From an uncultured bacterium (GTDB lineage Bacteria; CSSED10-310; CAZUFC01): DNA of 38,564 bases. The notes beneath the pieces are model-generated. The model saw only the letters and a program-made list of their open reading frames with translations. It did not search any database and had not been told where the DNA came from. Made by a program: the position numbers and the translations under genes. Each line of letters starts with the position of its first letter. Position 1 is the stretch's first letter. Positions 1 through 8,542 of this stretch are shown in pieces. The stretch spans positions 1 to 38,564 of the forward strand of contig CAZUFC010000084.1 of the NCBI GenBank assembly GCA_964619725.1, written 5' to 3'.

Positions 1-81
1 AGGGGTATTTATTATACGTTGATTGAGTAAATCCGCAGCCTGACGCAGTACTGGGTAAAATTCGCCGTTTATGGACAAAAA

Positions 82-648
82 CTAAATAATGATGTCCCGC
101 AGATTTCTTTTGGGAACGTGATGCCGGCCCTGATCGTCTCTCCAGTATTTTATATTTCCGTCCTTGGAAGTTTTTTCAATAATGATTTCTTCAGCGGGTT
201 TGCCTAAAGCCAGGACCAGGAGAATCTTGAGATGCCCGTTGATGCCCAGTGCGTTGCGAAATTTTTTTCTGTCTACGGACCCGATCATGCATCCGGCCAA
301 TCCTTTTTCCGTCGCGCCCAGCATTATATTCTGGGCCGCTATGCCGTGATCGACTCCGAAATTTTCTGAAATGTTCTTATCGCCGAGGATCACGATATAT
401 GCTGCTGGTCTTTCGCCCGTAGCGGGTCCTGACCAGTCTTTCAAGTATCCGGCCCAGGTCAGTGTCGAAAATATTATTTTGTTTGTTTCTTCATCAGCGG
501 ACAAAAAATATTTCAGCGGCTGAAGATTGGCGCCCGATGCTGCGAATCTGGCCAGGTCGACCAGCTCTTTTAATGTTGCACGATCAACGGAGAAATTCTC
601 ATCAAAGCGCCTGCAGCTCCTGTTTTTCAGTATTAGGTCTCTGATCAT
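82..648 (-). CDS. Nitroreductase family protein (FMN-dependent)
   Basis: N-terminal NRSCRRF, ASGANLQP, DHGIAAQNIMLGA, GLAGCMIG motifs; 188 aa; SD-like GGAGG upstream. Confidence 0.92.
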   Translation of the reverse strand: MIRDLILKNRSCRRFDENFSVDRATLKELVDLARFAASGANLQPLKYFLSADEETNKIIFSTLTWAGYLKDWSGPATGERPAAYIVILGDKNISENFGVDHGIAAQNIMLGATEKGLAGCMIGSVDRKKFRNALGINGHLKILLVLALGKPAEEIIIEKTSKDGNIKYWRDDQGRHHVPKRNLRDIII

Positions 649-705
649 GAAAACAGCCTCCTGACATTTTTGATTTTTTAAAGGGAAAAGTATCGTTTCC
701 GGAGA

Positions 706-2517
706 TTAGCCGTCAATGTATCCGAGGGCTTTGAGTTCATCTTTGATGAGCGAGTCGCCGGGTTGCACGGCAAACGTTTCTTCCTTCTGTTCCTGATGTG
801 TATGCGTATCGACGTAGGAAACGGGCCTGTGCATCGTGAACTGTTTTTCAAAGATTGATTTGAGCACATCGCCTTCCATATCTCGTCCTATCGGAATGCG
901 GGCGAGATAAAGGAGAGTGGGGAGAAAATCATAGATATGCGCGGAATTGATCCTGACTCCCTGCCTGATCCCGGGTCCTTTGGCGAGCAGGATGCCGGGC
1001 GGAGCGTTGATGTGAACTCCTTCCGGCGTCCAGGGTTTGAAGATGAGGTCAATCATGGGGATAAGGCGGTCGTTCATTTTGAGCCGGTCTGTTTCTTTCA
1101 ATGTGCTGTTGAGGATGGCTTCGATTTCATAAACGGAATGCCGGACGGGGCGAACCTGAGTAAAAAAGGGTTCGCCTGATGCCGTTTTCAGGGAGTGCAA
1201 TTTTTTAACGGCATTTTCCACTATCTCGTTCGCCTGATCTTCCTCAACCGTTCCGGAAGGTTCGCGCCCTGTTTTATTGAGACTAAATCGAAAAGCGTAA
1301 TCGCAGGGCCGTCTTTCCCTGGTATACAACACCGTTTCATTCCAGTCGGTTTTATCCTTATCGTTTTTTTCCAGATACCCCAGCAGCTCCAATACCCTGT
1401 CCCCGTCCAGTCTCCAGGGCGAATTGATGTTGGGCGTTTCAGAGGATAGTTCCATCCCGTGATCTGAAATTAAGAAGAAATATGTTTCGGGATCATCCAG
1501 AACGCCTGTTTCTCCGATCCATTGATCGAACTTCGTGTAGTAATAAATCAGCTTTTGAGTCCTTTCGGAATAGGGCTCGTTTCCCCGTTTAGCCCAGGAG
1601 GCCCACAGAAAATGTTCGATTTTGTCTATGGATTTAAAATAAATGGTGAATACGTCAGGGTCGTATTTTTTATACGCCGGAAGGGCCAGGTCCATCAGGC
1701 TGTCGTCATTAAAAGACTTGGCTATTGCGGTGCTCAATATGGGCGGTCCCTGGGGCTTCTTTTTTTGCGGTTTGTTCTGTTTCAGCACGGGAGCGGACAC
1801 ATTGCTTAGGACCGGTTTGACCATTCCCGGGGGTTGTTTCAATGCCGCGAAATTATCGCCCCGGTAAAGATCGACCCATGGATAAATATTACGGGGAAAT
1901 GTTTTACCGAATTTAAGCTCCTGGTGAAGCCGGGCGGAAATGTTTAAACCTTTCACCCTGTCAGCCGGCCAGGAGGTCCACCATTTGATCTGAACTACCG
2001 AGAAACCGAAATCCGAAAAAATGGACCAGAAGGCGCTGCTTTTTCTGTAATCGCTGTGCAGTGGGACGGTATCGTCCGTGCCGGGAATTCTCCTGGTAAA
2101 AGTCTGGATGCCGTGTTTAGTAGGATTGACGCCCGTGGCCATTGAGGACCAGACGATCGGCGATTCAGTTGGAATAAGCGTCTGCAGGGGAGCCGACGTT
2201 CCTTCTTCCAGAATCCTCTTGAAATTAGGCAGTTCGTTTTTCTGTATAAGCGGATCTATAACTTCAAATGTAGCGGCATCAAGACCGACTATGAATAATT
2301 TAGGTTTTTCTATTTTATCATGGCTTTCCGCCGCTTTTTTCGAGCAGCCGTATCCGGTGAAGAGCAAGGCTGCTAAAACCGTCAGAAACAAAAATAAAAT
2401 CGTTCTGCCGGCGGTTTTTCGTTTGGTGAAGCAACCGTTCGTTTTTACCGTTCTCTGTTCTGACTCTCTGCACGATCTATTGTAATTCATCACCGTTTTC
2501 CCCGTATGTTTTTTCAT
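706..2517 (-). CDS. Alkaline phosphatase superfamily (nucleotide pyrophosphatase/phosphodiesterase-like) exported protein, possibly a lipoprotein; start uncertain (2544/2517/2490)
   Basis: IVGLDAA metal-binding motif, PTESPIVWSSMATG nucleophile region, DKIEH, LISDHG, C-terminal LKALGY; hydrophobic leader ending GYGC. Confidence 0.85.
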   Translation of the reverse strand: MKKHTGKTVMNYNRSCRESEQRTVKTNGCFTKRKTAGRTILFLFLTVLAALLFTGYGCSKKAAESHDKIEKPKLFIVGLDAATFEVIDPLIQKNELPNFKRILEEGTSAPLQTLIPTESPIVWSSMATGVNPTKHGIQTFTRRIPGTDDTVPLHSDYRKSSAFWSIFSDFGFSVVQIKWWTSWPADRVKGLNISARLHQELKFGKTFPRNIYPWVDLYRGDNFAALKQPPGMVKPVLSNVSAPVLKQNKPQKKKPQGPPILSTAIAKSFNDDSLMDLALPAYKKYDPDVFTIYFKSIDKIEHFLWASWAKRGNEPYSERTQKLIYYYTKFDQWIGETGVLDDPETYFFLISDHGMELSSETPNINSPWRLDGDRVLELLGYLEKNDKDKTDWNETVLYTRERRPCDYAFRFSLNKTGREPSGTVEEDQANEIVENAVKKLHSLKTASGEPFFTQVRPVRHSVYEIEAILNSTLKETDRLKMNDRLIPMIDLIFKPWTPEGVHINAPPGILLAKGPGIRQGVRINSAHIYDFLPTLLYLARIPIGRDMEGDVLKSIFEKQFTMHRPVSYVDTHTHQEQKEETFAVQPGDSLIKDELKALGYIDG

Positions 2518-2533
2518 TAAACGCCAGCCGTCA

Positions 2534-4000
2534 TTAATCAACATAACCCAGACTCTTTAAACCTTCAATCATTCTTTCATCCACGACCATTTCCGTCGAT
2601 TCAGGTTTCAGCGCCATTCGTTCATGCCGGTTCAGAAGTTTGGAGGCGAGAGTATTTTGTATTCGCACCCTGGAGCCTTCCAGATTATATAGTTCTGCAG
2701 GGTCCTGCAGCATGTCGTATAATTCGAAATCATTCGTTTTAACGCGATATATCAATTTCCACTGTTGATTCCTGAGCGACCTCAACTGTCCAAGGGACAT
2801 CCTGGGGCGGTTCAGTTCCGGGCAGTATCCGTAGATGTCTCTATACGGGTCATTCTTGTCGCCGAGCATATAATCCACCAGGTTTGCTCCTTCATTCTGT
2901 TTCGGAATAATGACGCCGCCGAAATTGAGTATTGTCGAAAACAGGTCGATCGTTCCCACGGGAGCCTCGATCAAAAAACGAGTGATGTCTTTTCTCTGAG
3001 ATTTGATCATCATGGGAATATGAATCGAAGAATCGTATAAACGGTCTCCATGCGCGTAATAGTAATTATGATCGAATCCTTCCCCGTGGTCGGAAGTCAG
3101 TATGAAAAGAGAATCGTTGTAAATGCCTTTGTCTTTCAGAGCGTTGATGAATCGACCCAGTTCACTGTCGACAAGCGATATTTCGCCGTCGTACAACGCC
3201 AGGTTGTCCCTGAGCTTTTCCGGAGTCGTTTCGACTGTTCGTTCCTCTTTTACGATGACATTGAAAAAATCGTTTTCGCGGGCTTTTTCCGCATATTTTT
3301 TCCATTTTTCTACGGCTTCTGCAGGAGCTTCCTCATGTACTTTCGGATCGGGCTTGCGGAAGAAGGTATTGTAGGGAGCAGGAGGAGCATAGGGATGGTG
3401 AGGATCGAAGTAATGTATCCACAGGAAAAAGCGGTCACCCGCGCTTTCAAGCCAATCCAGGGCCGCTTCGGTGGCTTCAGGCGCTTTCCTTTCCACTCGC
3501 GTCTTAGACCACGCATCATCGTAGACGTCAAATCCCCGGGCTAATCCCGACACCTGGTCCACAAGAGAGAAACCGCTGACGAATGCAGCCGTTTTATATC
3601 CTCCTCTGGAAAGGAGTTCTGCGACCACACTGTGTTTTTCGGGCAGAGGATATCCATTTGTCTTGACGCCGTGGGAACCGGGATACATACCGGTCATGAG
3701 ACTGCAATGAGAAGGATTGGTGATGGGAGTATGACAAAAAGCCGATGAGAAAAGCGTTGATTTTTTAGCCAGGGCATCCATATTCGGCGTTTTAGCGCGA
3801 GCATGCCCGTAAACGCCCACCCGGTCGGCACGGAGCGTGTCTATGGTCACCAGGATTATTTTATTCGTTCGTCTGGATGCGATCATTTCCTGTATTTCCT
3901 TCGCCTGGAAATACAGAACAGCCACTGGAGCCAGCATTATGACGAACAGGATGACCCAGAAGAATGTGCGTTTTTCGATGTTTATCTGTTTGGAAGCCAT
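2534..4000 (-). CDS. Sulfatase-like hydrolase/transferase with N-terminal membrane anchor
   Basis: LVTIDTLRAD, TPNMD, TPITNPSHCSLMTG, HYFDPHHPY, YDGEI, TSDHGE, ELYD..DPAE motifs; start placed at ATG 4000 (MASKQ) behind GGGGG. Confidence 0.9.
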   Translation of the reverse strand: MASKQINIEKRTFFWVILFVIMLAPVAVLYFQAKEIQEMIASRRTNKIILVTIDTLRADRVGVYGHARAKTPNMDALAKKSTLFSSAFCHTPITNPSHCSLMTGMYPGSHGVKTNGYPLPEKHSVVAELLSRGGYKTAAFVSGFSLVDQVSGLARGFDVYDDAWSKTRVERKAPEATEAALDWLESAGDRFFLWIHYFDPHHPYAPPAPYNTFFRKPDPKVHEEAPAEAVEKWKKYAEKARENDFFNVIVKEERTVETTPEKLRDNLALYDGEISLVDSELGRFINALKDKGIYNDSLFILTSDHGEGFDHNYYYAHGDRLYDSSIHIPMMIKSQRKDITRFLIEAPVGTIDLFSTILNFGGVIIPKQNEGANLVDYMLGDKNDPYRDIYGYCPELNRPRMSLGQLRSLRNQQWKLIYRVKTNDFELYDMLQDPAELYNLEGSRVRIQNTLASKLLNRHERMALKPESTEMVVDERMIEGLKSLGYVD

Positions 4001-4250
4001 ATCGGAAGAACCCCCATCGTCATAATATATGCACCGAAGGTGAAGTTCAAGAATGAAAAGCGGCGACGTTTCAAGAGCATATTGATTTTTTGGTCCGGAG
4101 GCCGGATGCTTGATGATCTCTGACGCATACGGGCTTATGTCTTTCAATGTTCTTCTTTCAACGATACTTTTACGGCATGCCTTATATTCCTTGACACGGT
4201 CATGATGTGCATTTAACCTACCGTTTACCCGTAGCATCAGGAGGAGCGGG

Positions 4251-5258
4251 ATGAACGATCGTGAAGAACAGCTTAATTTAATTGCCGGTATAATAAAAAA
4301 TAAGAACGATTTTGTGGTCGTTTCGCATGTGCGGTCGGACGGAGATGCCCTGGCATCCATTCTTGCCGTATCGCTATTGCTGGACCATTATCAGAAACGT
4401 TATCGACTGCTGGTGAATGAAGTCCCGGACGCGCGCTACAGTTTTTTACCTAATTTTGAGAAACTGGAAGTATTCGAGAAAATCGACAGAAGGGACTTGA
4501 ATGTTGAATGGGCATATATTCTGGACACTCCTTGCCGGGAAAGGCTGGATGAATTGAGCGAGATCATGCCTGATTACGCCCGCCGTCTTGTGACGGACCA
4601 TCATGAGTTCATCGAAGATATGGGGATGTACAAGGTCGTCGACAAGCACGCTTCCAGTACATGCGAGTTGCTGTATGATTTAGTGGAAGCGACGGAGGTT
4701 CCCTGGACGAAGGACCTGGCTGTCTGCATATATGCCGGGATCGTTTTCGATACGGGACGTTTTCGTTTTTCCAACACAGGTTCAAAAACGTTCAGAATTG
4801 CAGCCCGACTAAGGGAAATCGGCATCGAACCGGACAAAATGGCGGCTGAAATTTTTTACAACAGATCGCTGACTTCGGTCCGATTGCTCAGCCGCGTGCT
4901 GCAGACCGTGACTATGAAAGCCGGGGGAAAAATATCCTTTCTTCATTTGGATTTTGATACTTTCATGGAGTTCGGGGGAAACTGGGAGGACATCGAGGGA
5001 TTCACGGATTATGCCGTTTCGATAAAAGGAGTTGAGGCGGCGGGTTTTATTAAGGAAACCGAGCGAGGAAATTTCAAAATAAGTCTTCGTTCGAATAACT
5101 GGGTTAACGTAGGTGAAACAGCGCGCAATTTTAATGGAGGCGGTCATGCGAAGGCGGCAGGGTGCGTTATGCGGGGGACTTACGAGGAAGTGGAGGAAGC
5201 GCTGTTGAAAGCCCTGATGCGTCAAATGAAAGAACAGAAAAAGGTTGCTCCGGGATAA
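4251..5258 (+). CDS. nrnA: DHH/DHHA1 phosphoesterase, bifunctional oligoribonuclease/PAP phosphatase
   Basis: SH..SDGDA, LDT, TDHH, GIVFDTGRF, KISLRS, GGGHAKAAG; SD AGGAGGAG. Confidence 0.9.
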   Translation: MNDREEQLNLIAGIIKNKNDFVVVSHVRSDGDALASILAVSLLLDHYQKRYRLLVNEVPDARYSFLPNFEKLEVFEKIDRRDLNVEWAYILDTPCRERLDELSEIMPDYARRLVTDHHEFIEDMGMYKVVDKHASSTCELLYDLVEATEVPWTKDLAVCIYAGIVFDTGRFRFSNTGSKTFRIAARLREIGIEPDKMAAEIFYNRSLTSVRLLSRVLQTVTMKAGGKISFLHLDFDTFMEFGGNWEDIEGFTDYAVSIKGVEAAGFIKETERGNFKISLRSNNWVNVGETARNFNGGGHAKAAGCVMRGTYEEVEEALLKALMRQMKEQKKVAPG

Positions 5259-5259
5259 G

Positions 5260-7302
5260 ATGGAACAAGGCGCTGTCATAGCATATTACGATGAGAAGAA
5301 ATTCACGCTTGCCGTGGTTTCACGGGTCCAGAATTCAAAGGTCAATTTGATAACGGAAAAGAACGTCGAGAAAAAAATCAATACCAATCGCATAGTGTTT
5401 GTTTCTTCGGATCGTCTGGACACGGATTCATCGGGCCATGAACTGGCGGAAAAACTGAAAGAAATAGGTGAAAAACAGCAAGCGCTGGAGAAAGAAATTT
5501 GCGTTAAAGAAATTTGGGAAGTTCTGGAAGGAGAAACAGGACCCTTCGACAGCAAATATATTTCTGAGCTGGCATTCGGAGGAGAAAACACATCGGATCA
5601 TGAGGCTGCAGTGCATCGCAAGCTTTTCCGGGACAGGTTGTATTTCAAATCAAAAGGCGCTGAGTTCATGGTCAATTCCAGGGAAACCGTAGAAAAAAAC
5701 AGGATGCGGATTGAACGTGAAGCAGAGAGAGAAAGAATGCTGAGCGCATCCGCGCGCTGGCTGGAAGACATCTGGAATGATCAACTGCATGAAGCCCCGT
5801 CCAACAAGAGCGATATTATAGAGATGTTGAAGCAATTCGTTCTTTTCGGTTCTGATGCCCCTCGCTTCAAGGAAACAAAAGAGTTGCTCTCACGCGTCGA
5901 TATAGCAGCGGACGACAAACCGTTCCGTCTGCTGGTGAAAATGGGCATATGGGACGAAAACGAAAATCTTCTTCTTCACCAGATGGATATACCTTTGGAA
6001 TGGAGCGAGAAGACTCTGGCCGAAGCCCGGAGAATATATGAGGATTGCAAAGAGATTGATGCCGATCCATTGAATCGACAGAGGCAAGAATTCAGGAATC
6101 TTTTTACGGTGACTATAGATGGAGAACATACCGAGGATTTCGACGATGCCGTCAGCATGGAAATTGACGATACGAACATATTGAAAATCGGGATACACAT
6201 TACCGACGTCGCTTCCCTTATTCCCGTCGAGAGCGAATTGAGCGAGGAAGCCAGGGAACGCTCCGTTACCGTGTATCTGCCGGAACAGAGAATACCCATG
6301 CTTCCCCCGCTGCTCTCGGAAGACCTGCTCAGTTTAAAGGAAAATGTGCCCCGCCGTGTCGTCAGTCTTATGATGGAAATTGACGAGAATAATGAAATAA
6401 TAAATTGGGAATTCTATCCCGCTCTGATAAAAGTATCGGAGCGCATGACCTACGATCAAGCCAACCAGAAGATCGAAAGCGATCCTTTGTTCAAACGGAC
6501 ATGGGAATTCACCAAAGCGCTGCGGGAAAAACGGCTGGCTGCAGGCGCCCTGATTCAATCCAAGCCGGAGCTTGAGATCAAGGTTACCGGCAAAGACGAC
6601 ATAGAAATTCGGGCGCTCCCCGATAATACGCCGGGCCGAGTTATGATTTCAGAGCTGATGATCCGTTACAATCATCTTGCGGGCGTTTTTCTGGCCGATC
6701 ATGATGTCAAATCAATATTCCGCAGCCAGAGGGGACCGGAAAACAAGCTTATTTCCTATGAAGAATTCGATCCTCTTCTTTTTTATCGCCAGAGAAGGAT
6801 GTTGAACCGTGCTGAGATCACCATCGAACCCGAACATCATTTCAGCCTGGGCGTGAATCCTTACATGACATGCACTTCCCCGATCCGGCGTTTTTTTGAC
6901 CTGGCCTGCCAGCGACAGATTCTCAGCCTGTTTTATGATTACATACATCCTTACGACGAAGAAGAATTGAATAAAATCATTATGATAAGCGAGGAGCGAA
7001 AAAAGAACGCATCGAGACTGCAATGGCGCCGGGAAAGGTACTGGCTGATCAAATACATGGAAAAACGTATAGGTCACATCTTCGATGCCGTAATACTGGA
7101 TCAATCCGCATCCCGTTACCGGATAATCATTCCCGCTTTTCTTCTGGAATTCGACGTGTTTGATTCCAGGATCAATAATCTTCATCCCGGAGAGAAGGTC
7201 CAGGTTAAAATAGAACAAGCCCGGGCCAGAGCCGGCAATATTCGCGCATCCATACTGCCGCCCGCCGACAGGACAGTTGAAGAATCGGATCACCTTAAAT
7301 GA
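5260..7302 (+). CDS. RNB-domain 3'-5' exoribonuclease (RNase II/R family)
   Basis: TIDGEHTEDFDDAVS catalytic motif, IHITDV, TVYLPE..IPMLP, CTSPIRRFFDL; C-terminal S1-like region; ATG 5260 follows nrnA stop (alternative TTG 5245). Confidence 0.9.
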   Translation: MEQGAVIAYYDEKKFTLAVVSRVQNSKVNLITEKNVEKKINTNRIVFVSSDRLDTDSSGHELAEKLKEIGEKQQALEKEICVKEIWEVLEGETGPFDSKYISELAFGGENTSDHEAAVHRKLFRDRLYFKSKGAEFMVNSRETVEKNRMRIEREAERERMLSASARWLEDIWNDQLHEAPSNKSDIIEMLKQFVLFGSDAPRFKETKELLSRVDIAADDKPFRLLVKMGIWDENENLLLHQMDIPLEWSEKTLAEARRIYEDCKEIDADPLNRQRQEFRNLFTVTIDGEHTEDFDDAVSMEIDDTNILKIGIHITDVASLIPVESELSEEARERSVTVYLPEQRIPMLPPLLSEDLLSLKENVPRRVVSLMMEIDENNEIINWEFYPALIKVSERMTYDQANQKIESDPLFKRTWEFTKALREKRLAAGALIQSKPELEIKVTGKDDIEIRALPDNTPGRVMISELMIRYNHLAGVFLADHDVKSIFRSQRGPENKLISYEEFDPLLFYRQRRMLNRAEITIEPEHHFSLGVNPYMTCTSPIRRFFDLACQRQILSLFYDYIHPYDEEELNKIIMISEERKKNASRLQWRRERYWLIKYMEKRIGHIFDAVILDQSASRYRIIIPAFLLEFDVFDSRINNLHPGEKVQVKIEQARARAGNIRASILPPADRTVEESDHLK

Positions 7303-8099
7303 CGCCATCTTTCGGAATCGTATTTTTCTTTTATTTTTAATGCCTTCTCTCTTTCTTCTTCAGTAAAATCTCTTTCGATCAATCGACGATTCAGTATATC
7401 CTCAAAAGCTTTTTTGAAAACGGGACTCGCTTCTTCAGGGGTGATTTCCCGCTGGAGAGCCTCCGTAAGAGATGTCATACGAGTTTTCAGGCTGATTCTG
7501 CCTTGTCGTTCGTCGATTGAGAATACTTCTTCCCAGTCGGATAAATTGAAATCAAGAAGGACCGAACCGTGTTGGATTACAGCGTTTTTTCCGCGTCTCT
7601 GGGCGCTGCCGATGAGTTTTTTTTCATTTGAAATAATCTCATATGGCGTAGAAACTTCAAAGCAGGATAAAAAGGAGAAATATGAATTTTCTTTTGAATA
7701 ACTTTTCGGATGCTTAAAGTCCGCCTGAATGCCGAAATGTCTGCAGGCTTTCAAAAGCGCTTTTCCTATTATAAGATAAGAGGACATCAAATCCTTCTGG
7801 AAAAACCCTGAATTTTTCCCGGCAGCGACTGAATAGGTCAACTCACGGTCGTGCAGGACCGCGCCGCCGCCCGAAGGGCGTCTTACGAAATCATAGCCCT
7901 TTTGCTCGATTTTTTTGAAATTGACAGTCTTTTCTGCGGCCTGACCGTACCCGATTGAAACGGCCGGCGGACGCCACCCGTAAAACCTGATTGTAGGCTG
8001 CGAACTGCCTGATGCGACACCCTGAAACAAAGCTTCATCAAGCGCCATGTTCCAGGCGCCTCTGTTTAAAGAGAATTTAATAAATGTCCAGTCCTGCAT
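7290..8099 (-). CDS. Lipoate-protein ligase family protein (LplA/LipM-like)
   Basis: NMALDEAL, RFYGW..PAVSIG, VRRPSGGGAVLHD, KKLIGSAQRR, QHGS motifs. Confidence 0.92.
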   Translation of the reverse strand: MQDWTFIKFSLNRGAWNMALDEALFQGVASGSSQPTIRFYGWRPPAVSIGYGQAAEKTVNFKKIEQKGYDFVRRPSGGGAVLHDRELTYSVAAGKNSGFFQKDLMSSYLIIGKALLKACRHFGIQADFKHPKSYSKENSYFSFLSCFEVSTPYEIISNEKKLIGSAQRRGKNAVIQHGSVLLDFNLSDWEEVFSIDERQGRISLKTRMTSLTEALQREITPEEASPVFKKAFEDILNRRLIERDFTEEEREKALKIKEKYDSERWRHLR

Positions 8100-8242
8100 T
8101 TAACCGACTAAAACGGAAAGACCGCGTACCGGCGCTGATTACCTTCCCCTGAAGGTTCTGTTAGGAGCCCGTTCGCCCTGATAATTCATCTGAATTCTCA
8201 GAACAGACATGATTGTGCATTCCAACAGCAAAAAGCGCAAAT

Positions 8243-8491
8243 TTACAATTTTGACATGAACTTTTTGACGTGATGGTCCCATTCGCGGGTTTCCAGCGTT
8301 ACAACGTTCTTTTTTTTCTCATCCGATTCCTTTACGGCTACCGTTACATGTCCGCCCCCGCCTTCAAAGTATACGCAGCATGGATTCTTTTCCACCAGTT
8401 TCAATCCCGCGCCGCCTTTGCCTAAAAACCGGGAAGCCTTCTCAAGTATATCCTCAGCAGACAACTTCGTTTCCACTTTATAAAGCGCCAT
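8243..8491 (-). CDS. Small hypothetical protein (82 aa)
   Basis: SD GGAGG upstream of ATG, codirectional with neighbours, globular-looking sequence (YFEGGGGHVTV...TREWD). Confidence 0.75.
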   Translation of the reverse strand: MALYKVETKLSAEDILEKASRFLGKGGAGLKLVEKNPCCVYFEGGGGHVTVAVKESDEKKKNVVTLETREWDHHVKKFMSKL

Positions 8492-8542
8492 ATTATCTTC
8501 CTCCAGGAAGTCTTATTTTTGTATGTTTTCTCATTTTGCTTT

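Noticed and set aside
1-60. Possible IS terminus at the left window edge
   Set aside because: Too short, with no partner repeat or transposase and no disrupted gene to support it.
4001-4360. N-terminal 120 aa of the 608-aa track ORF 2534..4360
   Set aside because: Overlaps nrnA on the opposite strand and has no protein-like features; ATG 4000 with SD and a following TM anchor is a better start.
8110-8215. Faint glycine-riboswitch resemblance on the minus strand before the lipoate ligase (GAGA...GCGAACGGGC...AACCTTCAGG..AAGG)
   Set aside because: The conserved CCGAAG and CTCTCAGG core and its pairing are not satisfied; would need an Rfam hit.
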